NCBI GenBank assembly: GCA_965178125.1
Contig: OZ237748.1
Coordinates: 310,001-374,000 of the forward strand
Length of the DNA stretch: 64,000 nucleotides
From: Bilabrum cf. latius
Lineage: Eukaryota
Direction of reading: 5' to 3'
Shown: piece by piece, positions 48,107 to 59,538 of the stretch
How the letters are laid out: the number at the start of each line of letters is the position of its first letter
How positions within the stretch are numbered: the first letter of the stretch is position 1
Notes under the pieces: model-generated
The model's database searches: none
Seen by the model: the letters and a program-made list of their open reading frames with translations, nothing else
Told to the model about the DNA's origin: nothing
Made by a program: the position numbers and the translations under genes

Positions 48107-51100
48107 ATGTAAGATAGTGTTAATTTACATTTTGCTACTTGTACAACTCGTAGAGTCTGATACCGCTCCGTAGCAGCTGTTGTTACAGTGTGTATCCTGG
48201 CAACCTAAGGTGCGCTGTGATGTCCTCGTGGATTCGATCCACATGAGTCTGCTTCACGCGATACATAAATTACTTACATTAATTTTGAAGCTTCTCAGGG
48301 GAGACGCGCTTCGATTAGCAGCCCAAAATGGCAAGGTGGACGACCTGAGGGCTTGCCTGGATTCGGGAACGGACATCGAATCCAAAGATAGCGTGAGATT
48401 GAGTACTAATTGTCGAGCTGATAGATTCCTTCTTGAGTGAAAATAAGTGTGAAGAGCGGAAGGTCCACGTACAGGCGGTTTTGTAGCTCACCAGTGATGG
48501 GATGACGGCGATCCACCATTTGAGACCTGTTGCACGCCATCGATTCATCGGCGAGCCAGATTAGGGGGCGAGTCGGGGGAGCTTATTTGATTCAGGTGCA
48601 ATGGTGTGCGTACATGACAGTGGCATGCGCCGCTTCTTCTGCTTGCACTCCGCCCCCGCCACCAGGTTGCTCCCTTCCCTCGGGGTCTGCTTGCCATCCA
48701 CGGCTAACTTCCAACGGTTTCATCTTTCTTTGGTGCATCGCAGGCTGGTAGGACAGCTGCATACTGGGCTGCGTGCAATGGCAAGACGGCTTGCCTGAAG
48801 CTGCTCATCGAGAGGGGCGCCAACGTTAACGCTGCCGACAACGTGAGAGAGAGAGGGGCTGCCTGGCCAACAGGGCGGGTTGTAGGCGATACTTGGGATA
48901 TTCAAGTTGGCTTGAGAGTTTATCATACTGTTTTTACCCGTTCAAGTGGCTGACACGACATCTAGCTAGCTCCCCGTCGATCGAGCCGGGCCCCCGAGCA
49001 AGTGCTCCCCGGTGGTGACTGACAAGGTCTCAACAGGAGGCGCGATTTATCCTTTCTTTCTTGTGAATGCGGTCGATTGCATGTTTTTTGTTGTTGACAT
49101 TATATGTCTGCAAGTATTGGTTCGAGGTTGTATGGCAATCGTTCAGCCCCGCCCGGCTGGCCCACCTGGCTCCCGTGCTGGGTGCGGCAGGTGAGTGGTG
49201 GCTTGCAGGCTGCGGATTCACCCGAGTTGTGTCTGGGATTTCAAGGCGAATGCCAATGAATTGGTTGAATTTGTGTATTTCCTCTGTTTAAGGTTGGTTG
49301 TCGATTGATGGGAGCTCCCCGGGGGAGGCCAGGATTGGCCTGTGTGACGAGCATGCAGCTCGATCCTTATTGCCTGGCATGCGCCTCCGATGGGCGGAGT
49401 CAAATGAGTTTGCACCGATCAGCACATTCATAGTATGCCATAGATGTGATTAATTTGAGTCACTTGCCTTTCAGGACGTGTACAGCCGGCGAGGCGGCCG
49501 CTGCCTGTCACCCCAGAGGGCCCCTCGGCTATCGCAGCCCACAGGCGGAATCAGAGGCCGGGACCGGTCCCTGTCGTGATGGAATGGTTTGATAGGAAGA
49601 TTGGTGTATGTTTGGATGGGTTTTGATTTTAATGATTTTGTCCCCCGAGCGGGAATCGATCCGGGGACTGCGCTTCTAGGGCCCAGAGCGACTCCCACCG
49701 GTCCGTCCCAAAGCCCTCCCACACCCCCATCACCCGCCCCATGCCCACACACATCCACACCCACACCCACCCAAGCACACCCCCTGCTCCCCCCCACCCC
49801 CTGTCTCCCATCCCCCCACCGCAGGATGGCCGCACACCCGTTCATGCGGCATCCGCGAATGGGCACGATGACTGTCTTCGATTGCTGGTTAAAAATGGGG
49901 GGGACGCGAATGCGGTGGATAAGGTGAGAGAGAGAGACATATGTTGAGGGAGAGGTTGGTCTTGTGTGTGTGTGCTTGTGTGTTGGATGGGTGTGTGTGT
50001 CTGTCCGGCTTGGGATTGCCCGCTCCCGGGTCCGAGACCCGCTGGCAGGTCCCTTCGCGGTGCTCCCGCTGCGTTGACGGATTGGGGCTGGACACTAGTG
50101 CGTGTTTCTCGGGCTGTAGGCATGGTATGGTATCATGGTTTGGACCCATCGGCGTGATTTTGGGAGCGCAACCCTGCGATCGGATTCGACTCCGGATCCG
50201 AACGGTCGCATCGGATCGCCGATCGGGAGCTATTGGTCGCAATGACAAGGTTCGGAGAGCTTTATTCTTGTAAAAATGTGCATGATTCTCTATGTTAGGT
50301 CGGGCATCGACGGATTGGCCCGTTCCAGAAGATGCAACTTCACTCGCCTGGTCAAGCCTTGACTGGTGCTCGATGGTCCATTCGATTCTCAAGTGGAGAG
50401 CGTTTGGCTCAATTAGCGGATTTGATAGTTTTCATTGTTGTGTAATATATCCTTTTTGCATGTTGTTGGAGGCGGGGGGTCATATGCAGCCGATATGATC
50501 CTCCTTCTGTGGTTGCTGGCAAGAACAGTGGCCGTCCATGAGCGTGTGTTGGGCTATGGAGCGATGCCAGATGCACTATTTAGATTGATTGTTCGGCGAT
50601 TTTGTTGATTCGAACTTGTTTGGGCCAGATTGATGGTGCATTTGATGCTTAAAGGGCCTTAGACTGTGTGTCTGAACGGCTCTGTCCGGTTCCTTCTGGC
50701 GAAGCTTCGCTGCCATCGGATCACCCAAGTCTTGGGATTTTGGGCTGCTTTGCCAGTGGAAATCAATTTGCTTGGTTGGTTTGTATGTGGATCCTGTATC
50801 AAATTACTTTGTGTGCGTGGAGCTTGCTGACAGTGCAACTGGATGCTGTATGATCAGTTTTCTGCAGTCGTTTGAGCACGGCACGTGAACGCTGTGGATG
50901 CAGCTCCTCTTAATCGGCACTGCCTAGTCTGGAGCCGCAGTGGATTCAAAGCAATGTATATGTTTGGTTGGATTGCCGCTAGTGGTGGTGTGGTAGCCCA
51001 CCTGGCGCGGCCTCTCGGAATCAGCTCGCTGCTCCGGGACCGCTGCCGCACCACGCCTTGCACATCGGTGGATTATGTGTTTCATGGATTCAAACTCTGA

Positions 51101-53999
51101 AAGATCGATCGGCCGGGCAATTGCCTGAGATATTCCATCTTGGCTCATGACCTTACAGAACCCTCCGATTCAACCGCAGTGGGGAGACACTCCCCTTCAC
51201 TTGGCAGCATCCTGTGGCAAGACGGCCTGCGCCACCATCCTCATGGAGGCAGGGGCCCGCAGGGACATCAAGAACAACGTGAGCTTCCTCAGATGCACCG
51301 CAATAGCACTTGATTCCCAAATGTCTATCAAGCTATCCAAGGGATCGAAGAACCCTCCCACCCACGAATCCACCCCCCGTGCATCTTTGATCCCATGACC
51401 ACTCCTCTCTCCCTCACTTCCTTTGATCGAGCAGGATGGCAAGACTCCCGCCGAATATGCACACTCCAATGGCAAGTCCGAGACAGCTGCCGCCATTCGG
51501 TCGTTCACTCGGAGCTCCCCTCCCATCGGTGCAGGTGCCTCTGGCGGGGCATCCAGAAGTGAGCTGGCTCGTGTGAAGCAGCAGCTGAGGGAGCGTGATG
51601 CCCAGGTGCAGGCCATGTAGCAGCAGCTGAGGGAGCGCGATGCCCAGGTGCAGGCCAAGGACCAGCAGCTGAGGGAGCGCGATGCCCAGGTGCAGGCCAT
51701 GTAGCAGCAGCTGAGGGAGCGCGATGCCTAGGTGCAGGCCAAGGACCAGCAGCTGAGGGAGCGCGATGCCCAGGTGCAGGCCAAGGACTTGCATCTAAGG
51801 CAGCACTAGCAGCAGATCCATGCCCTCACCCATCGGACCCCACTCGGGGAGGCATGTCACGCGCTGGCCGCCGATGTGGATGCTGGGCTACTGCCGAGTC
51901 CGGTGGAGGGCGCGGGGGACGATCCTGCGGCCATCGGGGCGGCGCTGCGGGCCCGGCTGGGGCTGGGCGAGGGGGCGGCGGGCGAGGCCGTGTGGAGGCA
52001 GCTGGCTCTGTGCATGGGCCGGCACCGGGCTGCGCTGCAGGACCTGGAGCTGGGGGCCGTGGCGGGCGGGGACTGGTTCGGGCATCTGCACGGGCGGCTG
52101 CAGTACGCCTCAGGGGGGGGCGGCTGTCTGGATCTCGGGACGGTGCTGCCGCCCGAGGAGCTGGAGACTGGGCTCATCGGCGGGCGAGGTCGAGTGATAG
52201 AGGCAGGGCCGGGCAAGCGGCGCCCCGGCCGCGCGTCTGTCTTTGCTGCCGGCCAGCTGCCCGACTCTGCCTCGATGGCCGCGATCGAGGCCGGGCGCAT
52301 CCCTCCGCTGAACCTGCCGGCGGGCAAGGAGGGGGCAAGTCAAGGAGTCAACGGCTTCGTGTTCGCGGTGGAGGTGGCACGGCGGGGGGCGAGGGGTGCT
52401 GGCGGGGCAGGGGCAGAGGGAGGGGATGGGTCTGGGAGTCGATCGCCCGTGCGGCTGGCCCTGAAAGGGCTGCTTCCTCTGGCACCCGACAGATCTGGGT
52501 ACTCAAAGCAGATGATCGGGACCCAACGAGAAGAGTGGAGGGTGCCTCAGGTGGTGGGCGGGCACAGGAACATCGTGCCCGTTAGACACGCGTTCTTCGG
52601 CTCTGCCATGCTAGTCGTCCCCTGGATCGGTGACTACCTGCAGCTGGCAGCGGTTGCACGCCGCACCACCTGGCTGGCCATGCCCCTGTACCCCACTAGC
52701 CTCGAGTCATCCGTGAAGGCAATGCCGTGCACGGGACCCAGGGAGGCGGCGCTGTGGCTGCTGCAGGCACTCGAGGCGATCCAGCATACGCTGAGGATGG
52801 GGGCGGTGCACCGGGACATCAAGGCGGACAACTTCTTCCTGGCCGGGGATGGTCGGTTGGTGCTGGGCGATTTCGGGGCGGGCTGTCTGCTCTTCCATGG
52901 GGGCAGGGCAGCCGAGCTGGAGGTGGAGTTCCAGGAGAGGCAGCGGCAGCAGGCGCAGGAGCACGCGGCCGCCATGGGTGCAGGTGCAGGTGCAGCTGAT
53001 CCCGAGATGGGGGCAGCAGGTGCAGCAGCAGGGGGCGATGAAGAGGAAGAAGAGGAGGAGGAGGAGGAGGAAGCAGGTGAGGTGCAGATCGTGCCTGGCG
53101 AGGCATTCGAGCAGGCAGGGGAAGGATCCGAAAGAACTCGATTCATGCTTCGCGACATCAACGAAGGTGGTGCGGGCGACAGTCGATCTCCTGAGCTGAT
53201 GGCCATGGGCAAGCTGAAGGTCACCAAGGACTCGAGAGGCAAGCCGCTCGAGACACTGGCCCAGGCCTACGAGATGTCCGATGCGTGGGCCGCGGCCAAG
53301 ACCGTGTGGGGGCTGCTGGCGCAAGGGGATGCGGCTGCGTCTGCCCTCCCCGGCAACGACAGGCTGTACAAGGACTCTGCCATCCCGAGGCTGCCCCAGG
53401 CCGGCAGGGAGCTGGAGGCCATCCTGAGGGGGCTGCTGCAGTCGCTGCCCAGCAAGCGGCTGCGGCCCGAGAGCGCCATGGCCGCCCTGCGAGCCCTGCT
53501 GTACGGGCCCGGGAGCTGGGAGCAGGTGCAGCGGGCGGCTGGAGAGGGTGAGGCTGCTAGCGGTGGGATAATGGGCGGGTCCAGCGGGGGCAGTACTGGG
53601 GCTGCTTCGGGGGCGGGAGCGGGGGATGCTGCATCGGCGACAGCAGCGGGTGCTGGAGCGGGTGGGTCTGGGCTGGTGGAGCTGGTCCGGGGCCAGCTGT
53701 GGGAGTGCGCGGCTGTGGATGCGGGGCGCAGGGGGGTGGAGGGCGTGCCTGCTGCTGGATTGTGCTGGGGCCTGGCGGGGCCTGCTCCCATGGTGCGGCT
53801 GCCGATCGGGGAGGAGGCGTATGGTGCGTTCGGGTGGGGCGAGCGGCGGTGTGTCCCAGGAGAGGCGAGCCTGTGGGACCGGTTCCTGCGGCGGGAGGTG
53901 CTGCTGCGGGGGGGCGGGCCGGATGGGTCTGCGGCTTGCATGGCCAAGGACTGCAGGGAGCTGGTGGAGGCGGTGAGGAGGTTCGGGCAAGGAGAGTGA
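48107..53999 (+). CDS. Ankyrin gene G5: ankyrin repeats + coiled coil + PINK1-like kinase (type B)
   Basis: Exons 48299-48392, 48744-48842, 49825-49923, 51180-51278, 51435-53999. Motifs ALKG, HRNIV, HRDIKADN, DFG, SPE, SDAWA. Confidence 0.85.
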
Positions 54000-54150
54000 T
54001 GGGAGCTGGTGGAGGCGGTGAGGAGGTTCGGGCAAGGAGAGTGATGGGAGCTGGTGGAGGCGGTGAGGAGGTTCGGGCAAGGAGAGTGATGGGAGCTGGT
54101 GGAGGCGGTGAGGAGGTTCGGGCAAGGAGAGTGATGGGAGCTGGTGGAGG
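53956..54150 (+). repeat. 45-bp tandem repeat x4 plus a partial unit, spanning the G5 stop codon
   Basis: Same unit as 37366-37860. Confidence 0.93.
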
Positions 54151-54616
54151 TAATGAGGGGCTTTTCCGTCGTCGCCGAGCTGCAGAAATGGAGGCTACTG
54201 GAAAAATAGGCCTGGATGTGTTTGATCATGAAATTTGAAACCGGGCCTGGAGCTTGCCTTGGAATGGCAGCTGGGGCCACTGCTTGCTAGCTGTGACTGA
54301 CTTCATACGGATGAATTCAAATGGATCAAGTTGACTGCATCGTTGGCGCATAGCACAATATTTGTTGTCCAACCAAAGAAATGTAGGCAACACCCTTCGA
54401 TTGTGATGGATACCATTGTTTATATGGTAGTTATTATAGTGACATAGTAAAAACGACAATTTCATCTACATGGACTGCGGCAGAGGCCCATACGTGATCC
54501 TGGCGCCTCGCCTGGCCTGCGCGGCGCCAAAACAAGTTCCGCTCACACCAAGGATGTGGTCAGCAACCGCTACAGCCTCTTGGAAGGCACTTGTCTCGCT
54601 GTTGTATCAGATTAAT

Positions 54617-57600
54617 ATGTAAGTATCGTTCTCAAGGTATCGGTTGAACTAGTCGAGTCTGATACCGCTCCGTAGTAGCTGTTGTATCCTAGCTACCCAT
54701 GTTGCGTTGAGATATCCTCGTCGATTCGACCCACATGGGTCTGCTTGATATGATGCATACAACATCTAGATTATTCTTCAAATTTAACAGGGGTGATGCA
54801 CTTCGAAGAGCCGCCGAACGTGGCAGGGTTGATCACCTGAGGGCCTGCCTGGATGCTGGGATAGACATCGAATCCAAAGATGGCGTGAGATTGTGTACTA
54901 CTTGTCGAGCTTTGAGATGGCTTCTCAAGTTGGTATTTATATTAAGGGCGGAAGGTTTGCGCGTAAAATGTGATGGATCTCACCAATGATGGGATGAACG
55001 ATCCACCACTCCCAGAGCTCACCAGCATTGGGATGACGATCTGCCATTGGAGCAAGGCAGACCTGATGTACGCCATTGATTCATCGGCGAGCTAGAGAGG
55101 GGGGGGGGGGGGGGGGCTATTATGTGTACATGGCAGTGAAAGGCACCTCTTGTTCTGCTGGCTCTCCTCGCCTGGCCATGAGCGGATCCTCATCCCCCGC
55201 CACCAGGTTGCTCCCTTCCCTCGGGGTCTGCCACCCACGGGAACCTTCCGATGGTTTCATATTTCTTTGGTTCATCGCAGGGTGGTTGGACTGCTGTATA
55301 CCATGCAGCGTGGGAAGGCAAGAGGGACTGTCTTAAGCTGCTTATCGAGAGGGGCGCCAACGTGAACGCTGCCATGCTTGTGAGAAAAGAGGTTGCCTGC
55401 TCAACGGGGCGGATTGTAGGCGGTTGCTTTGATATTGAAATTGGATTGGGTGTCTGGCATGCTTTATGTATCCATTAAAGTGGCTGACATGGCATCTGAA
55501 TGGCTCCTCATCGATCGAGCCTGGCCTCCGAGCAAGTCTGGTGTCTGATAAGTCTCAATAGGAGACTCGATTTGTTCCTGATGTCGTGTAGATGCGTCCT
55601 TTTGTTTACTAGAATGAATCGATAATGCAGGTCCTCTAGTTATCGAACGAGGTTGTTTTCCCATCGCTCAGCCCCGCCCGGCTGGCCCACTTGGCTCCCG
55701 TGCTAGGTGGGGCAGGTGAGTGGTGGCTTGCAGGATGCGGATTCACCAGTATATTGTATGGGTGTTCGAGGCGAATGTCTATTGCTTGGTCGACTTAGTG
55801 TACTAGCTCTGCTCTAATTACGTTCTTCATCTATGACAGCTCCCCGGGGGAGAACAGGGCTAGCATGTGTGCCAAGCATTCAGCTCGATCCGTACTATCC
55901 ATCGCTTGTGCCTCCGGTGGGCACAGCCCAATGAGTTAATACTGGTAGAAATATTCATCGTATGTCTTTCATGATGCGATAAATCTGTTTTATTTGTCTT
56001 TCAGGACGTCCACAGCCACCAAAGCCACCGCCCTTTGTCCCACTAGAGGGTCCCTCGGTTGTCTCGACTCACAGGCAGATTCAGAGGACGGTACCGGTCC
56101 CTGTTGTGATGAAATGGCTGGACAGGAATTTTGGTGAATGTTTGAATTGATTTTGATTTTGGTAGTATTGTCCCTCAAGGGGACATTTGCCATGGGACTG
56201 CGCCTCTTCGGCTCAGACCGACTCCCACTGGTCCGTGCCAATGGCCTCCCCGACCCCAGCACACGCCCCATTTTCACACACAGCTACAGCCACACGCACC
56301 CTTAGCACATTCCCTACTCCCATTTACCCGCTGTCTTCCCTATCCCCCGCAGGATGGTCACACACCTGTTCATGTGGCATCCTTGAATGGATAGAAATAT
56401 TGCCTTCGAATGCTGATTGAAAATGGGGGAGACGTGAATGCGGTAGATGAGGTGAGACAGATGCTGAAGGAGAGGTTAGAATTGTGTATGTGTGTTTACT
56501 TGTGGATTGAATGGGTGGTTGTGTGTCTGCTTGGCTTTGGATCGCCCGCTCCCGGGTCTGAGAACTGCTGACAGAACCCGCGCTGACTTAGTTGTGTCTA
56601 GTCGCACAGAGAAGGATCGACTGCTTCCGAAAGGATGCAACTGAGTTTGAACGGCTTAGCCTTTGTTGGTGGTTTATGGTCCGTTCGATGCTCAAGCGTC
56701 AAGCGTTTGGCTCTACAAGCAGATCTGATAGTTTTCATTTTAGTGTAGAATGTCGTTTTGTTATTACCCAGAGGCAGGGGGGGCATCCCGGCAAATAGAT
56801 CCACCTGCTGTGGTTGCTCGCGAGCACAGTGGGTGTCTATGAGCGTGTGCTTGGCAATGAAGCGATGCCTGATGCATGATTTAGATTTGTTGTTTGGCAT
56901 TTGTTATGACTTGAAGTTATTAAGGCCAGATCGATTGTGCGTTTGATGTTTGACGGGCCTTAGACTGTGTGTCTGAACGGCTCTGTCCGGTTCGATCTGG
57001 CGAAGCTTTATGAGAATCGAATCACCCAAGATCATTATGTTTGGCTGCTTTGCAAGCCAAATACATGCTAGTTTATGAACTTTCAGTACCCTCCGATTCA
57101 ACCGCAGGATGGAGACACTCCCCTCCATGATGCAGCGAGCGAAGGCTTCGCTACATGCGCCACCATCCTCATGGAGGCAGGGGCCAGTCGAGATATCAAG
57201 AACTACGTGAGCTTGCACAATTGCATCACCACAGCTATACATTCTCTCATATCCATCATGCTGCCAGATGAATTGAAGGACACTCCTACCCACGAATATA
57301 ACCCCCGCGTTCCCTGACGCCATGACTCCTCCTCGCCCTTAAACTTCATGGATCGAGCAGGCTGGAAAGAGTCCTGCAGAGGAAGCAGACTCAAGCGGCA
57401 AATCAGAGACAGCTGCAGCCATTCGGTCGTTCATCCCTTCTCGAGTCGGTAGAGTCATGTGCTGGAGGCGGGCATTGGAGGCCAAGAGGGACGCATCAAT
57501 GGTGTTCATGGCAGCGAGCACTGGCAGGCCCATGGAGCTAGAAAAGAGACTGAGGCTGGGCAAGCTGGCTGGTGGGTTGCAGATCAAGGGAATAGCGATA

Positions 57601-57699
57601 CATGGCAGTGGGAGCTCTAGGCTGGTGCTTCCACTGGAGGCAGCCAGGCTGGGTGGGCACGACGACTGCGTGAAGCTGCTGCAGGAGGCCTAGGGATGA
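54617..57699 (+). CDS. Ankyrin gene G6 (short tail; most diverged introns)
   Basis: Exons 54791-54884, 55281-55379, 56353-56451, 57108-57206, 57361-57699. Confidence 0.8.
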
Positions 57700-57799
57700 G
57701 GTCTAGGCTGGTGCTTCCACTGGAGGCAGCCAGGCTGGGTGGGCACGACGATTGCGTGAAGCTGCTGCAGGCGGCCCAAGGATGAGGTCTAGGCTGGTG

Positions 57800-59064
57800 A
57801 GGAGGCGGATCCCGCGGGGGGCGGGTCCGTGAACGCGGTGGAGGCGTGGGTGCGGGAGCAGCGGCTGCGGCTGTGCGAGGCCGAGCACCGGCGGGCCCCT
57901 CTGTCGCGGGCCGCGCTGGTGGGTCACCGGGCTGCCCTGGAGGCGGAGGCAGGGGCGGGGCAGGAGCGGGGAGGGGCCCGTGGGGAGGCGGGCACGGGGC
58001 CGGCCAGCGGGGCGGGGGCGGACGATCCAGGGCCCGATGAGTCTGCTGGTGCTGGTGCTGGTGCTGGTGCTGGTGCTGGTGCTGGTGCTGGTGCTGGTGC
58101 TGGTGCTGGTGCTGGTGCTGGTGCTGGTGCTGGTGCTGGTGCTGGTGCTGGTGGGCAGGGCGGGGTCGAGAGCGCGGTCTCGTCTACTCTTGCGGACGAG
58201 CTGATGGAGCAGGCCGTGCTGCGGGCCGCGGAGCAGCTGGGGCCCGAGGCGGCCGGTGATGGGGCTGGCGGTGTGACGAGTGAGGTGGCCGCTGCGGTGG
58301 AGGGTCTGTCCATGGGCGCGGTGGGCGGGCATGCCTTCGAGGGGGAGCTGGCCGAGGCAGTGGGGGCCGGCGTGCTGCAGGACCGCGGGGAGGCCGAGCG
58401 GGCCGTGGTGCAGGCGGGGCCCATGGCCGTGCTGCGGCCCCCGAGCGCGGGCACGCGGGCCATGTTCGGGTGGACCGCGGGCAGCATGCCGGGGCGCGTG
58501 CGTCCGCTGGTGGAGGGGGAGGCCTCGCTGTGGGACAGGCACCTGCGGCGGGAGCTGCTGTCCCGGGAGGATGCCGCGCGGGAGGTGCGCCTGAACGCCG
58601 AGTCGCTCCGGAGGACGATGCAGTGCTTCGGGCCCGGGACCGTGGCAGCGGCGGATGGGCCAGGTGCAGGTGCAGGTGCAGGTGCAGGTGCAGGTGCAGG
58701 TGCAGGTGCAGGTGCAGGTGCAGGTGCAGGTGCAGGTGCAGGTGCAGGCCTGTCTTGGTGCCTCTCGTGGGATGGGCCCAGGGACAGGAGCTGGGTGCCT
58801 GCCTCGCTGTCCGAGACGGGGGCCGGGGAGCAGGAACCTCTGCCGGAGGGATGGACGGCAGACGTGGACACTCGGGGGAGGGTGATCTACGAGCGCGCTG
58901 ACGGGCATGTGACGAGGATCAAGCCCACGGAGCCGTTCGTTGCATCGGCGGCGCAGGAACCGCTGCCTGACGGGTGGGTGCGGGGCGGCTCGGCAGATAG
59001 CCCGCTGTATATCCGGCTGAGCGACGGCCACCAGCAGTTGGAACGGCCCATCGACCAGGCCTGA
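57800..59064 (+). pseudogene. Orphan but open kinase-A C-terminal module with Gly-Ala repeats and two WW-like domains
   Basis: 411-codon open frame paralogous to 24075-27001 and 44050-45177; lies downstream of the G6 stop with no clear start of its own. Confidence 0.6.
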
Positions 59065-59538
59065 TCCCAGGGATTCAGAGCCCCACTGGTGAGGCAACGG
59101 ACGTGAGTGTTGCCCAAAGCTTGCTGCTGGGATAGGCGGCTCGATGTGTTTAGTTGGATTTGAAGTTGATCTTGGCCTGGGGCTTGTCTTGGAATGGCAG
59201 CTCGGGCCACTGCTTGCTTGCTGTGACTGACTGTATACGGATGAATCAAATGGATCAAGTTGACTGCATCATTGGCACATCGCCCAATGTTTGTTGTCAA
59301 ACCAAACATGTGCAGACAACACCCTTCGAATATGATGGCTACCATACTAATATAGTAATCAAACTTAGTGACACAGTAAAAACGACAGTCTCATCTACAT
59401 GGACTGCGGCAAAGGCCCAGGCGTGATCCAGGCGTCTCGCCGGCCCTGCGCGGCGCCAAAATAAGTTCCGCTCACACGTGGTCGGCAGCTGCTACCGCCT
59501 CTTGGAAGGCACTAGTCCGATTGTGATATCAGTTTGAG

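Noticed and set aside
14936-59345. Numerous long antisense and alternative-frame ORFs (Pro/Arg/Ala-rich, poly-ST, poly-VL, poly-CR)
   Set aside because: They are shadows of GC-rich coding exons and microsatellites, with no independent motifs.
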